Below, piece after piece: positions 48,002-57,934 of a DNA stretch of 64,000 bases; position 1 is the stretch's first letter, and each line of letters opens with the position of its first letter. Under the pieces are notes generated by a model. That model was not told the origin of the DNA. It made no database searches and saw only the letters and a list, made by a program, of their open reading frames with translations. The position numbers and the translations under genes are program-made. Source of the stretch: Candidatus Dojkabacteria bacterium (GTDB lineage: Bacteria; Patescibacteriota; Dojkabacteria; SC72; JAFGCJ01); the NCBI GenBank assembly GCA_016932785.1, contig JAFGCJ010000002.1:13983-77982 (forward strand). The letters run 5' to 3'.

Positions 48002-48442
48002 TTGCACATTTTGGATCATGTCGCAATAATGAAAAAATCCTGGGGGCTAACCCAGAAAATACTTAAGGGTGAGAAGACAATAGAAACTCGGTGGTATAGG
48101 AGAAGAGCTAGACCTTGGGATTGTGTAAGCAAGGGAGATACTGTTTACTTTAAAGACTCAGGAGAGTCTGTTTCCGTAAAAGCGGTGGTTGCAGATGTTG
48201 AGCAATATGAGGATCTAGATGAGGAAAAAATTTCGGGACTTCTTGAAAGGTATGGTGAGCGTGATCTTGGCACGACTCACATTTCAGACGAGATAAAAGA
48301 CTATGTTCGTCACAAGAGATATCTTGTTGTGATTCATCTTAAATCAGTGAGAAAAGTGAAGCCGTTTGATATTGATAAGAAGGGTTTCGGTATGATGTCG
48401 GCGTGGTTGTGTGTTGGAGATATTGACTCGGTCAAAACTTGA
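48002..48442 (+). CDS. ASCH-domain protein
   Basis: KKSWGLTQKILKGEKTIETRWYRRRARP (GxKxxExR ASCH core). Confidence 0.5.
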   Translation: MHILDHVAIMKKSWGLTQKILKGEKTIETRWYRRRARPWDCVSKGDTVYFKDSGESVSVKAVVADVEQYEDLDEEKISGLLERYGERDLGTTHISDEIKDYVRHKRYLVVIHLKSVRKVKPFDIDKKGFGMMSAWLCVGDIDSVKT

Positions 48443-48451
48443 GTGTGGATC

Positions 48452-49312
48452 TTATGATTTGAACTTTTGGGTTAGCTCTTTCATGAATTTGACAACAGCC
48501 TTTACCTCGTCTGTACCTTTTGTAATTCCCGGATATCTGTTTACCTCTAGTAGATAAGGTCTCTTTCGATTTTTATCAACAACTATATCGGATCTACACC
48601 AATTGAGATTAAGAGCCGTTGCTGCCTTCACTGCAATTTCCTTTACATTGTCTGGACATTCTTTAACGTCAACAAAGACTTCTTTGGCTCCATTACATGC
48701 ATTATTTCTAAATTCGCCTTTCTTTGGAAAGCTTTTCTCAGCTGCGACAACTTTTCCTCTTGATACAAGGACTCCCCAATCGTATTCATTAGGAATATAT
48801 TGCTGGAACATGAATTTATGGCCTTCTGGAAGTTCAAGTGTTGCTTTTTCTAGCTCTTTTCTGTTATGTACTAAATGCGAGTTTCTACCCCTGCAGCCCA
48901 TGGTGTCCTTAATCACCATCGGATATCCGCAGGTTTCTTCTGCCTCGTCTAGATATTTCTTTGGAATTGTCGAATTTCTAAAAAATGTATTTGGTGAAGG
49001 AATGTTGTTTAAGCTAAAAACCATGTGATCAACTATTTTGGAGCCGGCTCGTTTTACTTTTGTGTGAGGTATAGAATTTCTTTCTAGATATAAATGGAGG
49101 GCGTAAGCAAGATCCTGAGTTGTCCAGTATGACGATATCCATGCAAGGTCATAGTTTTTGCAGTCCATATCCTTATACAGGACCTTAGGGCCATTTTCTG
49201 TGAATATAAAGCGTAGATTATGTGAATATGTTTTATCAAAAACAATATCCTCAAAATGTTTCTCCACCAAATCGAAGTTTTCAATTGACGGTGAGATCAA
49301 TACCCGCATCAA
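48452..49312 (-). CDS. ATP-grasp enzyme (RimK/glutathione-synthetase-like ligase)
   Basis: C-terminal KKGEFRNNACNGAKEV...WCRSDIVVDKNRKRPYLLEVNRYPG matches the ATP-grasp Mg-binding EVN..PG block. Confidence 0.6.
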   Translation of the reverse strand: MMRVLISPSIENFDLVEKHFEDIVFDKTYSHNLRFIFTENGPKVLYKDMDCKNYDLAWISSYWTTQDLAYALHLYLERNSIPHTKVKRAGSKIVDHMVFSLNNIPSPNTFFRNSTIPKKYLDEAEETCGYPMVIKDTMGCRGRNSHLVHNRKELEKATLELPEGHKFMFQQYIPNEYDWGVLVSRGKVVAAEKSFPKKGEFRNNACNGAKEVFVDVKECPDNVKEIAVKAATALNLNWCRSDIVVDKNRKRPYLLEVNRYPGITKGTDEVKAVVKFMKELTQKFKS

Positions 49313-49460
49313 GGTCTTCCTTTTAACGTTAGTTTTATGCTGTTTTACTTTTGTGGTTTTGTGCCAAAAGTGGCACGGAAAGAGAACAGGGGTTGAGTGT
49401 GTTCTCTTATTAACAACATTATTATAGGATAATTATACAGTAATTGAGAATCTATGTAAA

Positions 49461-50996
49461 ATGTTCAATTTAACACAAGACGTATTTACTGGTATTATTT
49501 TTTTTATAATCTTAAATTTTTTTGCTATGAAGAAGGTTGTTATTATTGGAGCAGGCCTTGCTGGTCTTGCCACCTCTGCCCTATTAGGTAAAAAGGGATA
49601 TAGTGTTACTGTTATTGAGAAGAATGAACAGCCTGGCGGTCGTGCGCGGAAAGAATTGGATAACAGTTTTCTTTATGACATTGGTCCGTCATGGTACATG
49701 ATGCCTGAAGTCTTTGATAGATATTTTGAACTTTTTGGCAAAAAGACAAGCGACTTCTATAAATTGATCCGTCTTGATCCTTCCTATCGTATTTTCTTTT
49801 CTGATTCTGAGTTTTATGACATAAGAGCAAGGGTTGAGGATAATAAAGATGTATTTAATAAGCTCGAAAAGGACGGATACAATAAGTTCCTAAAGTATCT
49901 TGAAAAGTCAAAGTTCATTTATGAAAGTTCACTTGAGCATCTTGTGTATAAAGATTATGATGATCTTGGAGATATTCTGGATCCAAAGATTTTGGCGATA
50001 GTTCCTAAGCTTTCTCTTTTAAGTACAGTGCACAAAGAGGTCTCAAGGTATGTTGAAGATCCTCGTTTACAGAAATTGCTTGAATTTACTACAGTGTTCC
50101 TTGGGGCTTCACCTTATGAGGCCTCCGGACTGTATAGTCTTATTTCACATGCTGATTTCAATCTTGGAATTTGGTATCCGGATGGAGGTATTTGGAAGGT
50201 TGCTGATGCATTGTATAGGCTTGCACAAGATAATAATGTTGAATTTAGATTTAATGAACCGGTCACGGCTATATCTGTCAGCAATGGTAGTGCTGTTTCT
50301 GTTAAAACTGACCAAGATTCATACGATGCGGACATTGTTGTAAGTGGGGCGGATTATCCTCATACAGAGCTTGATCTTTTGCCTGAGGTATATCGAACAT
50401 ATGGAAAGAAATATTGGGAAAAGAGAAAACTATCTCCATCTTGTTTCAATATTTTTCTTGGTGTTGGAAAGAAAATAGAGAAACTAAGGCATCATAATCT
50501 CTATCTTGATCCAAATTGGGATCAGCACTTTGCAGATGTGCGTGATAATCCTAGATGGCCTGATAATCCATCCTACTATGTCTGTGCAACTTCGAAAACA
50601 GATAAAACTGTTGCACCGGATGGGTGTGAGAATCTGTTCTTTCTTGTGCCTGTAGCCCCCGGGCTCGATGATACTGACGAAGTTAGGGACCATATGTATC
50701 AAAGGACTATTGCCCACTTTGAAGAGCTAGTTGGACAAAAGGTAAGCGATTCAATTCGTAGTAAAATGATATTTGCTCAGAGAGAATTTAGAAGCTATTA
50801 CAATTCGTACAAGGGAACTGCTTTTGGCTTAGCACATACCCTGCTCCAGACGGCCATCTTCAGACCGAGAGTGAAAAGTAAGAAAGTTAAGAATCTGTAC
50901 TATACGGGACAGTTTACTCAGCCGGGCGTTGGGATGCCTATTGCCTTAATATCAGCTGAGATCGTTGCTAACAAAATATTGAAGGAACAAAAGTAG
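49461..50996 (+). CDS. CrtI-family FAD-dependent oxidoreductase (phytoene desaturase-like)
   Basis: Rossmann dinucleotide-binding KKVVIIGAGLAGLATSALLGKKGYSVTVIEKNEQPGGRA. ~490 aa layout and C-terminal YYTGQFTQPGVGMP typical of CrtI/amine-oxidase family. The likely start is the Met at about 49527. Confidence 0.6.
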   Translation: MFNLTQDVFTGIIFFIILNFFAMKKVVIIGAGLAGLATSALLGKKGYSVTVIEKNEQPGGRARKELDNSFLYDIGPSWYMMPEVFDRYFELFGKKTSDFYKLIRLDPSYRIFFSDSEFYDIRARVEDNKDVFNKLEKDGYNKFLKYLEKSKFIYESSLEHLVYKDYDDLGDILDPKILAIVPKLSLLSTVHKEVSRYVEDPRLQKLLEFTTVFLGASPYEASGLYSLISHADFNLGIWYPDGGIWKVADALYRLAQDNNVEFRFNEPVTAISVSNGSAVSVKTDQDSYDADIVVSGADYPHTELDLLPEVYRTYGKKYWEKRKLSPSCFNIFLGVGKKIEKLRHHNLYLDPNWDQHFADVRDNPRWPDNPSYYVCATSKTDKTVAPDGCENLFFLVPVAPGLDDTDEVRDHMYQRTIAHFEELVGQKVSDSIRSKMIFAQREFRSYYNSYKGTAFGLAHTLLQTAIFRPRVKSKKVKNLYYTGQFTQPGVGMPIALISAEIVANKILKEQK

Positions 50997-51000
50997 AACT

Positions 51001-51672
51001 ATGAGCACATACCTATTAATAAATATTGCTATTATTATATTTCCTTTGATTTTTACTGTTTTTGATAGGAAGAGAATACGCTTTGTTGATAAGCTGCCGG
51101 CTCTTTTGGTATCCATTGGAGTTGTGGGGTCAATTTTCGTTATCTGGGACATAATTGCTACCAATAGAGGTCATTGGGCCTTCAATCCGGATCATGTGGG
51201 GGAATTTCATTTGTTTTCGATTCCTCTAGAGGAGGTTTTGTTCTTCATTACTGTGCCGTTTTCATGTCTTTTCACCTATGAATCAATCAGGTACTTTGTA
51301 AAAGAATCCAGGAATTTTGTTTTGGGAAAATATCTGGTGCTGGTGTTTTGTATTGTCGCAGCTGCTTCAGCGGTCGTTTTTCATGGAGAGTATACCGTAG
51401 TCGTATCGGTAGTCTCTATTCTAACATTTGGAACTATTTATCTTGTAGAACGAGATTTTTTTGACAGTAAAATTTACTGGCTATTTGTGATGGTAACCTT
51501 TGGCCTATTTTTCATTTTTAATTACTTCTTAACGTCCATTCCCATTGTTACCTATGGGAATGAAATTATAGGATTGAGGATTACGACAATCCCTGTAGAA
51601 GATTTTGCTTATAATTGGGCAATGCTTTCTGCTTATCTTTTTGTCTACTTGAAAACGAAGAGCCTGTTATGA
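51001..51672 (+). CDS. Lycopene cyclase domain (CrtYcd-type) integral membrane protein
   Basis: Two ~100 aa hydrophobic repeats starting YLLINIAIIIFPLIFTVFDRKRIRF, characteristic of heterodimeric-type lycopene cyclase domain proteins. 5 bp downstream of the CrtI-like gene. Confidence 0.5.
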   Translation: MSTYLLINIAIIIFPLIFTVFDRKRIRFVDKLPALLVSIGVVGSIFVIWDIIATNRGHWAFNPDHVGEFHLFSIPLEEVLFFITVPFSCLFTYESIRYFVKESRNFVLGKYLVLVFCIVAAASAVVFHGEYTVVVSVVSILTFGTIYLVERDFFDSKIYWLFVMVTFGLFFIFNYFLTSIPIVTYGNEIIGLRITTIPVEDFAYNWAMLSAYLFVYLKTKSLL

Positions 51673-51687
51673 GATTATTGTCTCCTA

Positions 51688-52152
51688 ATGGATAATCAGG
51701 TATTCCTTTTCCCTCAGACTATCAGTTCTATTAAGAAAAGGATCAAAGATTTAAAGAAGGATTTCGAATTAGAGGATGGACAAGATCCAACAGGAAGCAA
51801 TACAAGACTTCTTGACCCTGGCAGGGTTTCGTTATTTGAGGAAATTTCGCAGCTTGATTCTTTAGTAAACACTGTAAAGGTCCTCCCTACTCCCAAGCAG
51901 AATGACAAAGCCCAAAAAGGACATTTTATTGAGGTTGAGGATTCTGCAGGAAGAGAACTCCAATTCCATTTATGTTCCGAGTACGATGTTAAGTATCACT
52001 CCGGTTTCTCAGGAATTTCTGGAAGACTGCTATCTGCGGATAGTCCTTTAGGCGGGATATTTATTGGGAAAAAAGTAGATGAAAATATTAAATACGGGCA
52101 ACAGGTTTTCAGAATAAAGAAAATCCGAGTGTCAAAGTATTTTGAGATCTAG
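51688..52152 (+). CDS. GreA/GreB C-terminal-domain protein (Rnk-like regulator)
   Basis: GHFIEVEDSAGRELQFHLCSEYD...ISGRLLSADSPLGGIFIGKKVDENIKYGQQVFRIKKI matches the Gre FKBP-like domain (SxxSPLG...GkkxGD). Confidence 0.5.
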   Translation: MDNQVFLFPQTISSIKKRIKDLKKDFELEDGQDPTGSNTRLLDPGRVSLFEEISQLDSLVNTVKVLPTPKQNDKAQKGHFIEVEDSAGRELQFHLCSEYDVKYHSGFSGISGRLLSADSPLGGIFIGKKVDENIKYGQQVFRIKKIRVSKYFEI

Positions 52153-52156
52153 ATTT

Positions 52157-52801
52157 TCATACAATCATTGAAACGATATTGTTGAGAGAATGAGCAACAA
52201 TTGGTGACCACATAGATTCTGTTTTCCTATATAGATATCCCCAGATTAGACTCACAAGAAAAATTGAGCCTGCTGCTTCCAATGAAATTCCGTCTCCCCA
52301 AATCAGCCATCCAGGAAAGTGAATTCCAACGAATAAGATAGAGGTTATGAGATTTGCGTAGAAGAAGTTCATATTGTCGCCAAGCTTTCTTAGGATTAAA
52401 CCTCTGAATACAACCTCTTCGATTAGTGGTGCAGCGATAGCAACAGATAGTAATCCTCTGAAGTTGAGATTAAAATTGAGCATTGAATTAGTGAGGATTA
52501 TGTTGTAGATCATATTTAGGACGAGGAGTGCTACTCCCAGGGCAACAGCATAGAGAATCCCCTTTCTGTTTTCTTTGAACTTCAGTAAATCTAGTATTTT
52601 TTCCTTGTAGACATACCTGAAATATATAAACGAAAATCCTATCCAGAAAATAAATTTAAGAGCGATGCTCAGAAGAGTTTTGAAATAGCCGGTAAATTGC
52701 ATGTCTAAGTGAATGTAGATATATTGGCGTATGATCCATAGAATAAAAAAGACTATGATAAATATTGAGGTTTTGAGTAGTTCCTTTGCTTTGTTCTTCA
52801 C
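52157..52801 (-). CDS. CPBP-family (CAAX/Abi) intramembrane metalloprotease
   Basis: EEVVFRGLIL (EExxxR motif), FVGIHF (H motif), HSLNN. Multiple TM helices. Confidence 0.6.
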   Translation of the reverse strand: MKNKAKELLKTSIFIIVFFILWIIRQYIYIHLDMQFTGYFKTLLSIALKFIFWIGFSFIYFRYVYKEKILDLLKFKENRKGILYAVALGVALLVLNMIYNIILTNSMLNFNLNFRGLLSVAIAAPLIEEVVFRGLILRKLGDNMNFFYANLITSILFVGIHFPGWLIWGDGISLEAAGSIFLVSLIWGYLYRKTESMWSPIVAHSLNNIVSMIV

Positions 52802-53277
52802 TGGGATAGGTCCTTATAGTATATGAGTTTTGCAACATTATTGTTGTAATAGTGCGGGATAAGACCTACTCTTTTATATCCTTGGTTTTTGTAGAACTTT
52901 CTCGTGTTTTTAGTGAGCTTATCATCGTGGGAGACGGTTTCAATATATAGTCTAGGTGATGAAGATCTACGGATTTGATTCTCGATGTATTTTAACAATG
53001 ATGTGCCAATGCCCTTACCTTGATGATATTTATCTACGGCAAACCAACTTAGAAACCAGATAGTTTTTGTGTCCCATGGTTGTGCATAGCTTATAAATCC
53101 CAGAATCTTGTTATTATCCATGGCAACGTATTTTTTGTAGTCAAGTTCCGATTTTTCCGAGAGTCTTTTCTCTATTACCTCGAGGTCTTCTTTCGAAAAC
53201 ATTTCTGGCGACTGTTTAAATATCTTTCGAATTGCTCTTTTCTTCTGGGGAGTTGGTTTGTATTCAATTATTTTCAT
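52798..53277 (-). CDS. GNAT-family N-acetyltransferase
   Basis: AVDKYHQGKGIGTSLLKYIE (Q/RxxGxG/A acetyl-CoA loop). 159 aa. ATGA overlap with the CPBP gene. Confidence 0.65.
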   Translation of the reverse strand: MKIIEYKPTPQKKRAIRKIFKQSPEMFSKEDLEVIEKRLSEKSELDYKKYVAMDNNKILGFISYAQPWDTKTIWFLSWFAVDKYHQGKGIGTSLLKYIENQIRRSSSPRLYIETVSHDDKLTKNTRKFYKNQGYKRVGLIPHYYNNNVAKLIYYKDLSQ

Positions 53278-53555
53278 TTAGATGTGAATAACAAGTTTAT
53301 ACATAAATAATATAGATAACGGTTGTAAACTGCAAAGAACCTCTTTTAGTAGGACAGTTACTTGCTGGCCATTGTTATGAGTTAAATAGATCGATATAAT
53401 AGCCTCATAGAAATGAACTAGAAGATTATCGAAGGAAGACGAATCAATCTTTATTCTTTGTTGTTAATTTCTTTGGTTTGCCTTTCCCCGATGAGTCTCT
53501 CCGTAGATTGGCTACGGTGTAAAAACAGGTATTTTCCTGTGGACTTTCGGAGGTT

Positions 53556-54833
53556 GTGCCTCGTGGCACAGCTCTTTTAAAAACCAAGGGGTATATAAAA
53601 ATGAAGGGAGAAAGTGAGATGAATAGAAGGCTATTGGTAATCGTTGTGGTGATCGGCTTGGTGATATTGTCGTTGATATTCGGTGCTTGTGTCTTTCCTT
53701 TCCTACCGGCGCCATGGAGCGAGTATTCCGTTATATACGGTGACTCGTTTGACTATAAGGTCACAGATATCATTACTGAGACGAATGTAATCGTAGTCGA
53801 TACACTTCCTGAGGGCTATGCAGGTCCTGAGGATTTCGCGTTCGATTTTGAGCGCGGAATAGGATGTACGGGCACTGAGACAGAAGCAGAAGGCGAGAAC
53901 GGAGTTCTCTGGTGTTACCAGGGAGGAGAACGCTATAAAATAGAGGACAATGAGTTTTCGCGTTTAACAGGGATGGCGTTTCTCCCGGGTGAGAGGATTG
54001 TTGCTGCCGACTTTTTGACCGGGACCCTCCTGATAGATATCAGTGAAGGTTTGTCGGTTAAGCCTCGCGTTAGTCACTTGGACTATGAGGTTGGAGTTGA
54101 CGGCATCGCTGTTAGTCCTGATGGCAAGAAGGTTTTCGTAACAGACGGAATTGAAGTGCAAATGGAGTGGAACGGAGCTCTGGGGAGCCAGCCACTCGTA
54201 ATGGAAGGATTCTTCCAACTTCGGATGAATTCAGGATCCGTGTCATCCATTGACTTGGAAACTGGAGTTAAAAAGCCATTGATCGGAGAACTTTATTTTC
54301 CTGCCGGACTTGCTGTCGGCTCCAGTGGGGACAAGCTCCTTGTCCCGGAGATGTGGAAGTGTGGACTGCGAGAATTTGACCCTAGTACGAGTACTTTCGA
54401 CAGAGTTCTCATCGAAGATTCCCCGTTCCAAATCGATGGGGTGAGCGTTGGCCCCAACGGAGAAATAGTCGTGGCGTTTGTGGAGCCTCGTGAGGGATTT
54501 TTCGAGTTTCTTCAAGTCCGGCCAACCCTTCGAGCTTTACTTTGGCCGGCCTTCATGGACGTCATCATGTCCATGGATCAGGAACAGGCAGCGAGCGGGT
54601 TTCTGATTCTGTCAGAAGAAGGCAATTTAATTGCCTTCTATCGAGACACTGACGGGTCCGTGGCGGACCATATTTCGTCGGCATACTTGATTACCGCCGA
54701 CGACTACAGAAGAATCTTCGATCCAGACTACAAAGGAACAGGCTGGATCGTGATCCTTGGAACAGTCAGCAAAGTCGATGGCAACAAAATCAAAGCAATT
54801 GCCATCGAGAACCTGGTCCCGGAACTAGACTGA
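53556..54833 (+). CDS. Secreted/anchored hypothetical protein, possibly beta-propeller (SGL/strictosidine-synthase-like); GC-rich
   Basis: N-terminal TM/signal (LLVIVVVIGLVILSLIFGACVF). Repeated D-G-x-x-hydrophobic blocks. About 50% GC. The start is probably an internal Met near 53601-53619. Confidence 0.3.
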   Translation: MPRGTALLKTKGYIKMKGESEMNRRLLVIVVVIGLVILSLIFGACVFPFLPAPWSEYSVIYGDSFDYKVTDIITETNVIVVDTLPEGYAGPEDFAFDFERGIGCTGTETEAEGENGVLWCYQGGERYKIEDNEFSRLTGMAFLPGERIVAADFLTGTLLIDISEGLSVKPRVSHLDYEVGVDGIAVSPDGKKVFVTDGIEVQMEWNGALGSQPLVMEGFFQLRMNSGSVSSIDLETGVKKPLIGELYFPAGLAVGSSGDKLLVPEMWKCGLREFDPSTSTFDRVLIEDSPFQIDGVSVGPNGEIVVAFVEPREGFFEFLQVRPTLRALLWPAFMDVIMSMDQEQAASGFLILSEEGNLIAFYRDTDGSVADHISSAYLITADDYRRIFDPDYKGTGWIVILGTVSKVDGNKIKAIAIENLVPELD

Positions 54834-54954
54834 AAATTTCTGTCTTCACCTATACCTCATTCCCTCAAACTTGTACCCCTTGGTGAAGACCTCTCCATTT
54901 ACAACCGATTTTCAGTTACGTTAAAATATGACAACAAAAGCTTGATAAGCGAGG

Positions 54955-56673
54955 ATGACGATTTTAAAAAATATTGTAAAACGGCTATATCCTGAGGCAT
55001 ACTCAAAGATATATGACTTTATAGACTCAGAACTTCAAAATTCTTCCATCAAGAACGATAATAAAGAATGGTATAAGGAGATGAATCTCTATGTTGTCTA
55101 TCCAGATTCATTTTGTGATGATAATAAATGTGACCTTTCTACCTTAGAAGGTAAAATACCCTACCTGAAAGATCTTGGATTCAATGCAATTCACGTACTT
55201 CCCTTTTTGAAATCCCCAATGATAGATATGGGGTTTGACGTATCAAATTATTTGAGTGTGAGGTATGAGATCGGTGGGAATGAGGCATTTGATAAATTGA
55301 TTGAGACTGCCCAACGGAATAATATTAATATTTTCGCGGATATTATCCTTAACCATGTTTCGTACAGGCATGATTGGTTTCAAAAGGCTGTTTCGGGTGA
55401 TCTTAAATATAGAGATTATTTTGCTTGGAGTAAGACGAGACCGGAATTCATCAAGAAATTTAAGGATGAGGATGGCGTTTGGGCAAGATATCTGATCGAC
55501 AATGAAGAGAGGGATATTTACGTTATTTTTCCCGAGCAGTGTGGAGAGATTCCCCATTGGTACAAAGCCGAAGATGGGAATTGGTATTACCATACTTTTT
55601 ATCCTCACCAGATAGATACAAACTGGAGCAATGCCGATGTCTTTCTTGAATATGCAAAAATACTTATGTATTGGGCAAGAAAAGGTGTTAGTTTCCGATT
55701 GGATGCGATACCTTTTATCGGAAAAGATATAAAGAATGGCTTATTAAAAGACGATAACAGAACCCACCTCATTGTTACAGCGCTGAATATTATAGTTAAG
55801 ACTGTGAATGAGCACTCGATCTTTCTTGCTGAGGCGTGTGTTCCAAGTCAGGATCTTAAAAAGTATTTCGAAACTGATGGTATTGTTGAGTCGGAGTGTT
55901 GTTATAACTTTGATCTTTCTGTTGCTCTCTGGATTGCACTTCTGACAGGCGAGACCAGTAAAATCTGGGAGGTACTGAATAAGCATTTGGAAGACATACC
56001 GGACTTTGCTTGTTGGGTGAATTTTCTGAGAAATCATGACGAAGTATCGCTTGAAGAGGTAGAGCCGGAGATAAGAAAAGAACTCTATGAAAAGATGGCG
56101 AAGGGCGGATTAGGATTTCGAGATGGCTTTGGTGTTTCCGGGCGTACTGCATCTTTTCTTGATGGAAATCCAGCAAAGATTGTATGTGCATATTTTCTGC
56201 TTGATTCACTACCTGGGGTTCCTGCTGTTATTTATGGTGATGAGATTGGCAAGGAAAATGACTTTGATTACATGAAATTGATGACTCAGAAAAAGATTGA
56301 AACTTCTGGTGACAAAAATATCAAGGACGACACAAGAGATATAAATCGTGGACAGATAAAGAATTCAGAACTTATGCAGCCGCACTCTCAGAAGATTTAT
56401 TCAGATTTTTGCAAGGTATTTAATGCACGGAACGAGTGTATAGATTTCTTCAATGTAAAACCGGAAAAGATTGAAACAAAAAAGGGAGTTTTTTCCTGCA
56501 TATATAAGGTCGAAAATAAAGAGCTCGTCGTACTGGTAAATCTAAATGATTATCCATTAGAACTTGAAGTCAATAATGGTTTGCACCTGAAAGCATCAAT
56601 TAATGGGGCGACTTATCAAAAAGGTGTGGTTCAACTATCACAGTATGGCGGTATCTGGTTGAGTAATTCCTGA
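54955..56673 (+). CDS. Glycoside hydrolase family 13 (alpha-amylase superfamily) enzyme
   Basis: GH13 conserved regions DIILNHVS (I), GVSFRLDAIPFI (II), FLAEA (III), FLRNHDE (IV). Confidence 0.7.
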   Translation: MTILKNIVKRLYPEAYSKIYDFIDSELQNSSIKNDNKEWYKEMNLYVVYPDSFCDDNKCDLSTLEGKIPYLKDLGFNAIHVLPFLKSPMIDMGFDVSNYLSVRYEIGGNEAFDKLIETAQRNNINIFADIILNHVSYRHDWFQKAVSGDLKYRDYFAWSKTRPEFIKKFKDEDGVWARYLIDNEERDIYVIFPEQCGEIPHWYKAEDGNWYYHTFYPHQIDTNWSNADVFLEYAKILMYWARKGVSFRLDAIPFIGKDIKNGLLKDDNRTHLIVTALNIIVKTVNEHSIFLAEACVPSQDLKKYFETDGIVESECCYNFDLSVALWIALLTGETSKIWEVLNKHLEDIPDFACWVNFLRNHDEVSLEEVEPEIRKELYEKMAKGGLGFRDGFGVSGRTASFLDGNPAKIVCAYFLLDSLPGVPAVIYGDEIGKENDFDYMKLMTQKKIETSGDKNIKDDTRDINRGQIKNSELMQPHSQKIYSDFCKVFNARNECIDFFNVKPEKIETKKGVFSCIYKVENKELVVLVNLNDYPLELEVNNGLHLKASINGATYQKGVVQLSQYGGIWLSNS

Positions 56674-57276
56674 AGACTCTTGGATTATGAAATTTTCTTC
56701 ATGTCCTGGATATGCCTGATATCCAGAAAATCTCTGAATTATCGTCTGTAGTGATTTTTCAAGCTGGGGTTTTGAACTGTATGAAAGATCAGTCCTCCCT
56801 ACTCCGGATTTAAAGATAGTGTCTCCGGTGAATACAATTTTCTCATTTTCGTTATAGAGACAGATGCTTCCGGGAGTATGGCCGGGAGTGTGTAGAACTG
56901 TGAGACTGGATTTACCGAATTCAATTATACCGCCATCTTCTAGTACATCATCTATGTTAGGCGGCGGTACATCAATTGTCATTTGAAGCCAATGTTGGGC
57001 TGAGGATTTCATTTTCGATAGTAGAACCTCGTCAGCTTTGTGTATGACAAATGGTATCTCAAAGGCCATTTGAAGCTCGTAAGCTGCCAGAACATGGTCG
57101 AAATGCCCGTGTGTTGCAATAACAAGATGAGGGCTAAGGTTATGTGTTAGGATATAATCGCTTATAACATCAGCACCATCGCCAGGATCTATTACAATGC
57201 ATTTTTGCGATTCTGGGTCACTTGCTATGTAGCAGTTGGTTTGAAGTTGTCCTGTAATTATTGTCTGTATTTCCAT
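56638..57276 (-). CDS. MBL-fold metallo-hydrolase (glyoxalase II-like)
   Basis: ATHGHFDHV (HxHxDH). Downstream HTPGHTPG and D...H ligands. Confidence 0.7.
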   Translation of the reverse strand: MEIQTIITGQLQTNCYIASDPESQKCIVIDPGDGADVISDYILTHNLSPHLVIATHGHFDHVLAAYELQMAFEIPFVIHKADEVLLSKMKSSAQHWLQMTIDVPPPNIDDVLEDGGIIEFGKSSLTVLHTPGHTPGSICLYNENEKIVFTGDTIFKSGVGRTDLSYSSKPQLEKSLQTIIQRFSGYQAYPGHEENFIIQESSGITQPDTAIL

Positions 57277-57312
57277 ATAGTAAAGTATCGTAAAGCGTAA
57301 GGTGTAAATCGG

Positions 57313-57921
57313 TCACGTGGCAATGTTCTTGACTAGAAGATTAGTGACTTCGAGAACTTCGAGTTTTAGTTTTCGTGCATTATTCTCATTAATTTTTGTA
57401 TTGTCAATTTCTATCTCGATTTGTCTTTTCACTTTTGAACCTCTGCTTACTAACGTAAAATCTACATGGCAGTAGTCGTATTGAAAAGTTGTTCGATCTT
57501 TTCTCGTAGCTGACCTAGGTAATGTCTCAGAATTCGTTGGTTGTGGAATTTCCTTTGATATGGAAATTCGTATGTGCATGTTTGAGCCCGAGATTTCGAC
57601 TCCGCTCTTTTTTAATTTCTTTTTCTTAACCGATTCGAGTATGTCGCCTTTGGGAGAGAATCTGGTCCGTATCCTGTTTCGCTTAACTTCAAAGAAGGTT
57701 GTTGTGAATTTTTTTGTGTACGTTTTGTCTTGTTCAACACTCTTTAGCAATCGGTTGAATAAAACTAATGGGAGGTTTGTTTCGAAGTATTTCCTGGTGC
57801 CCGATGTCTTTGCCTGCCCCAATCTGATTTCAAGCTCGAAGTTCTCTTCGTTTTTATTAATAATCTGAGTAAATGTGTCCAGTGTTTTGAATAGGTCTTG
57901 CTCTTCGATTGAGATAGACAT
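57313..57921 (-). CDS. Possible triphosphate-tunnel-metalloenzyme (CYTH/Cet1-like) fold protein
   Basis: N-terminal FELEIRLG (ExExK/R strand) and C-terminal RQIEIEID (alternating Glu strand), typical of TTM-family tunnel strands. Weak. Confidence 0.3.
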   Translation of the reverse strand: MSISIEEQDLFKTLDTFTQIINKNEENFELEIRLGQAKTSGTRKYFETNLPLVLFNRLLKSVEQDKTYTKKFTTTFFEVKRNRIRTRFSPKGDILESVKKKKLKKSGVEISGSNMHIRISISKEIPQPTNSETLPRSATRKDRTTFQYDYCHVDFTLVSRGSKVKRQIEIEIDNTKINENNARKLKLEVLEVTNLLVKNIAT

Positions 57922-57934
57922 GGCCTGGGCTTGG

